Positions 54,201 to 64,000 of a stretch of 64,000 nt of DNA are shown in pieces (position 1 is the stretch's first letter; each line of letters begins with the position of its first letter). The DNA is from Lepidodermella squamata. Its lineage: Eukaryota > Animalia > Gastrotricha. The stretch lies in contig JBLDXI010000055.1 in NCBI GenBank assembly GCA_047495785.1, forward strand, positions 1,860,001-1,924,000. The letters run 5' to 3'. Position numbers and translations under genes: made by a program. The notes beneath the pieces are model-generated. The model saw nothing but the letters and a program-made list of their open reading frames with translations, did no database searches and was not told the origin of the DNA.

Positions 54201-55371
54201 AAACTGCGCTGTAGCAGCATAGCTTCGCTAGAACATTCTAAACAGGAAGTAGAAAGTAACGCAACATCGTTGATTGTAATGAGCTTCTCGTGCCCAAGAT
54301 ATTAAGTGCTCTAGTAAACTTCGATAACAATTGACGATGTGTGGATGCCGATTGTGTAGTTGTTCTCCGCAACCCAATCAATTTTCAGCAATCTTCAGGT
54401 CGAATAAAGTCTACATACATCCATGCATGTAGATATCATTGTTGCGAACTTTTGGAGTGCAGTGCGTATCACCTGCGTCTTGATGCGTCTTGCACTCTGC
54501 AGCATAAATCCGTCGTTAGTGCAACCCTACCGCTATTAGTATTATCAAACTGACCTGTGCTATTAAAACCGTGTAACGCGTTGCCATCGAATTCAAAGCC
54601 TAGATCTATTCCCAAGGGTTGAGCCAGAAAATTGACAATTGAACTGCGGATTGACAACCCGACTGGATTGGCGAGTCAATACCTGAGTCCAATCCACCAG
54701 TTCATCACGAGTAATTTACATACCACAGAACGATCTTAAAGAACTCAGTTCCAGTGCCCAGTAAGTCCGAAGCTCAAAGCTATGCATGCTGATAGGCTGG
54801 AGGCTCGCACGATTTATAATTTCAATTTCTAACTTCAACTTCAAAATTCAAATCAATTTTCAAAAAGGCATGCAGCTAGCCGCATTAGTCAAATTGAATA
54901 TGATATTTTTAAAAGTTTATTTGGTTTTATTTAAAATTAATTATTGATTAAAATATTTGGCAAATGCTCGTTTTCACATTTTTTATTCCGCGTAAATGCG
55001 CGAAAGATTTGCAAATGCTCGAGTTCCGCGGAATTATTTACGAAGAATGCGTCAGACTTAACATTGTGTCGTTACCGTATTTTATGCCATTTGGTGGCAA
55101 TGTTAGCTTTTGAATAAAGTTACTGCTGGCCTGATAAACACACTCGTCACGCCCTTTTCGAATATCGAAAACTGGTCCCAGATTGCGTCCAGGTCCCATG
55201 TCTTCGTACGCATGCGTCAAATTCAGGGGCAAGCATGAAAAGGCCGCCCATATTTTCCTCATATTGCTCCGAAAAGGATCACGAAGTGCTTAATCGTTAT
55301 ATTCGCATTTTTTCTAAGTTTTTGGCGTTGTTTGTACATTTTCATAGACTTGTTTGGCATTGCAATTAATT

Positions 55372-56271
55372 ATGAGCACTCTTGAAATATACCGCAGTGC
55401 TGCTCTTGGCCAAACGCTACAAGATGTGGTTGATGAATTTGTGAAGGATGGCCAGATCAGCTCTCAGCTAGGGGCGAGAATGATGCAGCAGTACGACAAA
55501 ATCATTGCTAAAGCTTTGAACGAGAAAGTAAAAACCAGAATCAACTTCAAGGTACGAAATAATTTCAAGCTCTTCTTTGAACTAGCAAATTGCAGGGTAA
55601 AGTTTGTGATCTCTAAATCGATGGAGCGAAACTGTAGACCAAAACTCGCGCATGTGGGCTTGGGAAATGTTTGGAATTCTTTGCATTCCAATCGTGTAAG
55701 AGAACTGTCAAAAGTTTACTTTTAGATTCGGGGTAAGGAGATAAATAGATGGATAATAATTTGAAAATGAACAACATTTCCTTATTGATTTTGACAGTAA
55801 TTGACGGAAAATGCTTCCAATGTTGATTGATCATCAGTGAATTATAGTTTAATCTTCAATAATGTCTCGGATTATTGCCCACGTTGCATTTACTTGAGCC
55901 TATTCCAATGCAAAGAAAACCCGTAATAGCGAACTCTTGTCACTTGCGATTTGCGATGGATACTGTTCAATACTTCGGCTGAATGGTTCTGCTGCGCATT
56001 ATTGTGTTTTTCATTTGATTGAAAGAAAGCTCGACGATGGACGTGGTCCGGCTCTTGACCTTTATATGCTTAATTTATTATTACTTTCATTTACCTATTT
56101 AAAACATTACTTTGCTACTGGTTTTTTTAGTCGAAGCTTGAAGCGTACCGCTACTGCGACGATGTTTGGCAGTTGGTTTTAAAAAACTTCTCAACCGATC
56201 AAGGCGTGGAGCTGCACTTCGACCGTCTGAAAATTGTGGCTTGCCAATCGAGACAAGGAGCAACTAAATAG
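55372..56271 (+). CDS. GTF2A2: Transcription initiation factor IIA gamma subunit, 2 exons (55372-55551, 56131-56271)
   Basis: YRSAALGQTLQDVVDE..YDKIIAKAL..KVKTRINFK|SKLEAYRYCDDVWQLVLKN..LKIVAC. Confidence 0.93.
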
Positions 56272-56419
56272 TGTCACTCGAACGGCGAACAACTTGCCAC
56301 CGTGTAACAAAAATTTACCGCGTGAAATTTTGTTATAAATTTGTCGGTCTCCAATATTCATACTTGATTTGCAAGTTTTGGAATTCGAAATTCCTTACGG
56401 ATTTCTTCTTTTGTTTTAG

Positions 56420-59400
56420 ATGCAGAAAGTCGCGATACATTTTCTTAATAAATATTTAAGCCCTTATGTAAAAAATATCGATGAATCAAAGCTCAAGCTC
56501 CAACTCTTGTCTGGTTTGTTGATAATCTAATTTTGCGAATAATTATTTGCAAAATTTTATTTTGTTTGTTAGGAAGCGTCGCTTTGGAAAATTTGGAACT
56601 CGTGGAATCTGTTTTGGTAATGAATTTTGCGCAAGATTTCCATTATTTGATCAGTTGTTATGTAGGATGATTTGAATTTGCCGCTATCCGTCATCTCAGG
56701 GCACTTGAGTAATTTTTGATGAAGAATTTTGATGAAGAGTTCAATTTTTATTCATATTTCTTAGAGCGCCTCACTCTGAAAGTTCCATGGCGCAACATAT
56801 ACAGCTCGCCAACTACCATCACTATTGATGGCCTTTACATTCTCGTCTCTCCAAAATCTGAAATTAAATATGATCCTGAGAAGGAAAGGCAACAGCAACA
56901 AAGTGATAAAATCAATCAAGTGAAAGTTTTCGAACAGAGAGCTCAGGAAAGAAAAGACTCTTCCGATGCAGAATCGGACTTGAGCAAGAATCCTGGCATG
57001 GTTGAAAAATTGGCGATGACTGTCGTGAAAAATCTTCAGATTCAAATAAATAATATTCACATACGCTACGAAGACGGCTACAGTTGCCCTGGAACAGTCC
57101 TTGCTGCTGGTGCGATGCTGGATTCGTTGTCGTTTGACGTAAATTGATTTGATTCTTCCGTCTCTAATTTTTTATTGCTAAATTTTAACAATTTAGTCAG
57201 CTAATGACAAATTTGTGCCAACTCTCGTGGAAGAGCTAACGGAACGGTTTTTTAAACTGGTGCAGCTAAAAAACTTCTCCCTATATTTGGACGTCCCGCT
57301 GCCTCAAAGCGACCGCTATTCATCTATTGCTGCGGTTTCGATTCCCCGACTAGTTGAGACAATGCTGACCGATATTACCGAAATGAAGGAAAATTCGTCT
57401 ACTTCCAGGTTTGTGTAAATTGCTTATTAGTGAAATAGTTATTATAAATTTGTTCTCCCAGACATTCCTTCATCATTTCACCATTCTCTGCCACTGCGCG
57501 TTTAAAGCTGAACACGCGGCCGGAAAAGTCTGACTGGCTTGAGCCTCGTGTTAGTCTTGACTTGGACTTGAATGCGTTTTCACTCGGGCTAAGCCAGCAG
57601 CAATTCCGTACTGCTATTGAACTTGTGGACGCAGTCGATTACATCAGGCTGCAGTATAAATACCGAAAATTTCGGCCGCAAGTGCCTTGCAAAGGCAAAA
57701 GCAACGTAAAGCAGTGGTGGAAATACGCCTTCAACGCTGTCGTCGACGATCAGCGTGGTCTGTTCTATTCAGTTGGAAAATTACTCGAGTTCATCCGCAT
57801 ATCGAAACTGTATCGGCAGTTGTATTTTCAAAAGTTGACCAAAAAGAGTATCTCTACGGATATAGCTAATCAAATTTCGAAATGCGAAGAGCAACTTGAC
57901 GCGTTCAACATTGTGTTGCAGCGCCGCCACGCTGAGATAGAAGCCAAGAGACTTGGGCTGCTTCAACCGCCATCCTCTAGCTCATCGACTTCCTGGGTTT
58001 CTTCTATCTTCTCATGGGGCAAAAAAGAGTCGTCTCCGCCTCCCGGTGCGAAAGGGGAATCGCTGTCAAAGCAATTGGACGATGTTTTGACCGCTGAAGA
58101 CAAGGCTCAGCTGATCAAATCAATTGGTCTCGACGAGGAGAGTCAAGAGCCAACCAATGTTCCACCCGAATATGTTGCATTCCGAGTCGGCGTTGCGTTC
58201 AAGTCGCTCGATATAAATTGTTACGATGCATCTTCCAAAGAAACAGTTGGTCGATTCTCATTGACGAAAATTCATGCGCGCATGCTACTTCGTGCGAACA
58301 AATCAGTGAAAATCACGGGACAGTTCAACAAGCTGTTGCTTACGGGCATCAGCGGGGTAATGTTTGCCGAGGCCCCGACTACAGGTTTCTTGGGCACTGG
58401 CGATACAAGCAATCTGCTGAGCTTCGATTTTGATTCGAAAGTTCGCGAAACAGGTGACCAAACGCTCATCGTTGAGAGCCAGCCGATAAGTGTCGTTTAC
58501 CACGCGGCAACGGTGAATAAACTCCGCGAATTCTTTACTGTACCGCCTAGCGCCAAATTGCAAGCTGTTTCGGAGATGGCAGCAAACGCTGCGCAAGATT
58601 TGAAAGAAAAGTCAGTTGGATTTGTGAAAAGTATCTTGGACGATCGCCCTTTCGTTGATATTCGCGTAAGGCTACGCGGGGGCAGTGTGATTTTGCCCGA
58701 AAAAGGCGACCTTGCTCTTGCAAAGAAAATCATGATCGCCGATCTTGGCGCTCTGTCGATCCACGCTGAACCGAAGCGCAATGCTGCGGATCTGACTGTC
58801 GATTTTGACCAATTGGACGCTGCGAAGTCGTCGAAACAGCAACAGGCTGTGCTGCGCGAGCTTATGAATAGCGCATATAACCGGTTTTCGATATCAGTCG
58901 AGCCGATTCAGGTTCTCCTTTGCAATAAGGACGACGACTGGCAGTCGGCTCGGTTGAAAACGGCTTGCGATTTGCATCTTTTGCCGCCACTTCACATTCG
59001 TGCTCTATTCGGGATGTGTATCATCGCCGATCCACGCTTGCCAGCTACTAGTGTCGACTGCCAACTACACCCGGCCAGCATCGTTATTGACATCAAAGAC
59101 ACGAGACTCAGATCGGCTGTTCTTTTACTTGCATCGATACCATTTATACCGCCACCTGCGGATTATCCGCCGGATTCACATGCTAACGACACAGTTGTGT
59201 CACATGATCCGAGGTTGCGTAGAATGAGTTCACAGAGTAGCGGGTCTGCTTGGGAGTCGGGGCGAGTGAACGCTGCAGGTAACCGGAAAGCAGTAGTGCG
59301 TCTACCACCAGCCTCCTTAACGCAAACAAAGAAGCCAGCTAATTTGAAGCTATTCGCCCTTTCTTTCACTCTAAATCAGCTGACCTGCCAGTTGACCGAC

Positions 59401-62400
59401 AGTAACTCGGCAACTCTGGTACGAGCTGTTGTCAATCAACTCAAGTTTCACATGAATGTAGACACCTACACGATAAGTGGCGGCATGTCACTTCATTCGT
59501 TGTATTTCCAACATCAGCGGCTATCATCATCTCCTGTCAACAGCCCGATTCATAACTTGGTGAATACTGCCGTAAGCTTGGCACCAAGCACATCTGTTTC
59601 ATTCCCGGTAAGTCTGGATGCTGCAGCTGGTCATACGACTCATACAGGTGAACGCAGCAATTTGCTTTCGGTCAAGTTTCTGTACGCTGATCCTCTGGGA
59701 CCTGATTTTGACACCATTCATGCGCGGCGTCGAGTTCAGCTGTTTGTCAGAATCGGATCGGTTGAGCTTTTGCTGCATCGAGAGGCTATACTTGACGTTG
59801 TGCGAATCGTCAATTCTTTCGCTGAGGCTGCGGCGGCGGCGGCTGCATCACAAAATCAGCCTGGACGATCCCCTGCAACACCGGCTGATGCTAACAAAAA
59901 TAAGAAGGGCCTTTCATCTTCTCGTAACAGTCTACATAGCTCGTTGCTTTCGCTAGCTGACGACGTTGGCAAGCGATTTGGCGCCTCGAACAATCGTAAT
60001 GACCGCCGAACTTCGACTGCATTCACAACCTCCGCTGGTAACCGCAACAGACGCAAACCAGAGATTACCCATCTGTTTATCGACGCCAAACTCGATCGAG
60101 TATCCGCTATTCTCCGAACGGAGTCTGCCCGTTTCGGCTCCGTCCAAATCGCGGGAGTCGGAACTAAAATTGCGACCAAGTTGCTATCTACAACTATTGA
60201 GACCTCGTTGCTTGAAATGGCTATTTATGCCTCGGCATCGCCAGTGCCTGAAGACACGAGGCAAATTTTGGTGTTAGCTGGAACTAACGTGGACCCGTCG
60301 CTTGTGGCGCCCACTTCGTCGGATCGTATCGGCAGCGAAATTATTTCGGCGAAAATCGTGATGTACAACCATCCTGTTAGCGAAACCACGTTCACTGATG
60401 TGGAAGCCGCGGACGTGTTGATCGAGGCTAAGCTTGCACAGCTTCGTTTGCTATTCGTACAAAGCTTTGTGGAAAATATCATTGAATACGCACTTGGCTT
60501 TGGCGACAATGTAGCTTCAAAGATGAAAGAAGCCAGCTCAGAGTTTGCGAACCAAGCAATGGAAGCGGCGAAACAAATACAGTCTCAAGCAAAGAAGTTG
60601 CGTCTGGACATCGCTATCTCTAGCCCTGTAATTATCATCCCTCGAACTCCTGATGAGCTTAACGCTTTTTTCGCTGTTCACTTGGGCGGTCTCCGCCTTA
60701 CAAACGAGCTCGCCCTTTGCTCCCAGGACGAAAATGAAGCAGCTCTCGCTGCGGCCCGCTCGCAACTTGTTGAGGTCGAGGAAGAAGAAGAGCAATCAGA
60801 GTCTGCACTATTAAACAAAATTCACGTCGCATTAACAGGCGTCAAACTTGTGCGTGGTTGGGCCGATGCCATCGATACTTTGATTGAAGCTGATTTGGAC
60901 AGCCATTGCCAATTGCCCTTAGTTGGGCCTATCTCGTTGAACGTGGATATAGTCCAGAATTTATCAGCCGCCACTAATTCTCTGGCGCCTACTACTCTAA
61001 AGTTTCCAGACCTCCGTTTGGCTGTTAAACTGAATAGTGTTGACATTTCAATGTGTCAGGGCGACTACTTCATGATGCTGGACGTTGTCAACTGGATATC
61101 TGTCACCAAATTTTCTCCCGATAAAAAAGGAGCTGAAAGCACGCCTGCTTCCTCTCCTAGCCGAATTCGACGTGTGCCTGCCGACCAGGAAACTTCTGAC
61201 TCGATGGTGTTTCATAACGCGCAAAGTCATTTGGACGTCAGCCAACCTGAACGTGTCAAGTCGCCGCTTCTGGACAAGCGCAAGGTCCTAGACGTTGTTT
61301 GCCGCTTGGAACGAGCTACTTGTCTGTTGTACTCCGGCGATGTCGATTTCACGCAATACATCAGTGGCTCCGGCACCAGATCGTCGACTGCCTCTTCCTC
61401 GTACAATGACATGCACTCACTGCAGTCAAGTAGTCGCGGTGACGACCAGCGAGCGCAAGTTGCATACAACCCTGCGGACCTGCTAGCTTCGTTTTCAATT
61501 CAAGAAATTCAAGCATCTTACGTGATGCTTGGTAACAACAACAAAACTGCACAGGTCTATATCACGAACTTGACGTGCGATGATGCGCGGCTGGCGTCGA
61601 AAGAAGCATTGCGCGTCACGCGACTTCTGGAATGTTTCAATCAATTATCTGCGATGAAAATAAATCCACTTGTGCCTCAAAAACCGCCTCGCCTTATCGT
61701 GTTCAAATACGAAGAATGTCCCGAGAAACAGACGCGATTGGTCCACTGTGAACTGAATAACCTACACGCGTGTGTCAACGCTCAGTTTGTTGTGTTGCTG
61801 GCCAACTTTTTCGTTTCCGCGAAGAAAATAAATCAAATCGAATCAGCTAAGCAAAAGCAACCTGTCGACAAATCAACTATCAAAGAAGTTCAGGCTGAAG
61901 ACCGCGAGGCAACAGCCGCGCTTGAGCCCGACGTTTCGACCCGTATTGTTATCAAGTTGGCCGGGCCTAAATTGTTGTTGCTTGACGACCCGACTTCTCC
62001 GAAATCTGCCGCATTGTCGCTGCAATTTGATTTCGAATCTGATATCTTGCTCTACCAGCAATCGATGTCTGGTGCAGCATCAGTTCGCGATCTCGGGATC
62101 TACTGGGGTGCCTACGATCACCTCAAAGCTGGCGATACAGACTATGCCCAGCGATTGCTGAAACCCATGACAGTTGATGTTAATATCAATGACAAGCCGA
62201 ATGACAGCGGTCCCATTCAGCATGTGCGAAAGCTTAACATCACCAGCAGTGATATATCGCTGAGCGTAACGCCGCCTGCCATAAGGACAATATCAGTCGT
62301 TTCGCGTGAACTCTCTGCCTTGGGTAGCCCGCCAGAAAGCGCTATGACGACTGCCAAGAGTTCGATGAATGTATCTGATTCATTATGGAATCATCGTCCA

Positions 62401-64000
62401 CTGGACAGTTTTCGGTTGGAATTTCTACGCCGAACGGATTCTGCTCACGAGGCTTTGGATTTGCTCTTTGATAACGAGGCTGCTGCTGCTGCTGCCACAG
62501 AGCCTGATCAGATATCCTCTGTCACTCTAATTCTTGCCGATCTTCCAAGCGTTACCGTCAAACTCAGCACAGGTTCCAAGCGTAAAATCGTGCCGCTGAT
62601 CAAGTTGAGGAGCTCGGTTTCTGCGCAGGCATCGGCATTTTCTAATGGTGACCTGAACGCCGTGCTTCAATTCGATCTCGAAGTTGCATACTATAACGAT
62701 CAACTGTACATTTGGGAACCGCTACTCGAGCCTGTTGAATGCACGGTCGCTGGACAGCCGACTCTGTACTATCCACCTACTGACGTGCAGCGGCATCGGA
62801 GGGCTATATTCAACATTGAAATGACTCGTAATTCATCGAAGCAGTACACTGAAGCTGCCCTTCCGACTTCAACCTCTGTCGTGTCCAACATGGCCGACGC
62901 AGCTGAAGACGAATTTGCGGCTGTCGTTGTTCCGAAACCGGTCACTTCAATCGTTATTCAGACCAGTGATATTTTGCAGCTTGTGGTCTCAAAAATTGGT
63001 CTTGGTGTGTTGACGGCCGTTGGCCAGGGCTTTAGCAAGGCTTATCGCGTCGAAGAGCTGTATAACACTGACCCGTCTGATGTAAAAGCCATGTTCCCCA
63101 TTATTTTGTACAACCATACGGACACGAAGTTTACTGTCAAACCCGACACTACTCTCGTCTGTGCACGCGTTTCTGGCCGCGAACAAACGTACAACTCGTC
63201 GACAGGCGCCCCTCGCCCACAACATATCATCCTGGGCTCATCGTCGTATGCAGCGCTCGACTACAACCACGTGGCCACCCTTGGGCGTAAACCAGTGCAG
63301 CAACAACAGTCGCTTCATCCTGGGCACAAGGCCTCCATGTCGATCGCTCAGAATAAGAACGCGTCAAAGCTACTGACCTACGAGGATCAGAGGTCATACA
63401 AGTTCACAATTTACGTGAGTGTTACGTCACATTTTACATTTAAACAGCTATTTATGATTTATTCTTTTTTATTCAGGCTGATGAATATCGATCAACCAAA
63501 GAGCTTATCGTGAACCGTGCCGATTCAGTGCTATACCGTGTAAACCCTGTTGGTAGCGACGTTTCTGCGTTGCCTCATGCGTTTGTGTGTCAAGTCACGG
63601 CATCTGAAGGCAACATGGTTGTCGAATTCACCAGCGTGGTGCGCGTTATTAACAACCTGCTTGAACCCCTCAACATCATGTGCCGTTTCTCGTCTTCGAA
63701 CTCTCTTGACTCAGTTCTCAGCTTACAGCCGGGAAAATGCGGTTATCTTCCACTGAAATCCATTTACTCGGCGAAAGGCGGGTTCTTTGTGAAACCTCTG
63801 AGTGATGACTATGAAGTTTCAGCGAATGCCATCGACCTCAATGTCAGGCAAAAACAAACAGTCGTTACTTGTCCTTCGAAGGAGAAAAATCGGCCTCCGC
63901 TACTTTTTGCTGTTAGTCCCATCCTTGTTACTATTGTCTATATTTACTATTTATAATATTCTAATTTCAAGGCCTACATCGAAGTTGTGAAAGTTGAGGC
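56420..64000 (+). CDS. VPS13: VPS13A/C-like lipid transfer protein, truncated by the window end
   Basis: Chorein N-terminus FLNKYLSPYVKNID, LTLKVPWRNIYSSP, VKNLQIQINNIHIRYED and QWWKYAFNAV; later YYNDQLYIWEPLLEP. Confidence 0.93.

Noticed and set aside
52800-55290. Coding-like composition with fragmented ORFs, possibly a decayed element
   Set aside because: No diagnostic transposase or RT motif, and no paired TIR was identified.

Overview
Gene-dense eukaryotic DNA from an invertebrate animal with a compact genome. Most introns are about 45-65 nt, and some intergenic gaps are under 200 nt. Recognisable spliced genes, in order: a CIP/KIP CDK inhibitor (+), CMSS1/CMS1 (-), ALG10 (-), a decayed LINE RT fragment, PGRMC (+), LTN1 (+), a KCNQ1-type channel (+), Neurexin IV/CASPR (+), USP47 (+), FIS1 (+), katanin p60 (-), LZTFL1 (+), GSKIP (-), SLC25A42 (-), an uncharacterised ankyrin protein with a duplicated module (+), a neuromedin U/pyrokinin-type GPCR (-), TFIIA-gamma (+) and a 3'-truncated VPS13 (+). 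The standout is a 2.66-kb pogo-like DNA transposon (2806-5468; 41-bp TIRs, TA target-site duplication). It carries a spliced OTU deubiquitinase-like domain, has lost its DDE core, and sits inside a coding exon of CMSS1, from which it could in principle be spliced out in frame using its own ends. Very short same-strand gene spacing, with 3' splice acceptors just upstream of start codons, suggests operons resolved by SL trans-splicing. All calls come from motif recognition and manual splicing; no database searches were run.
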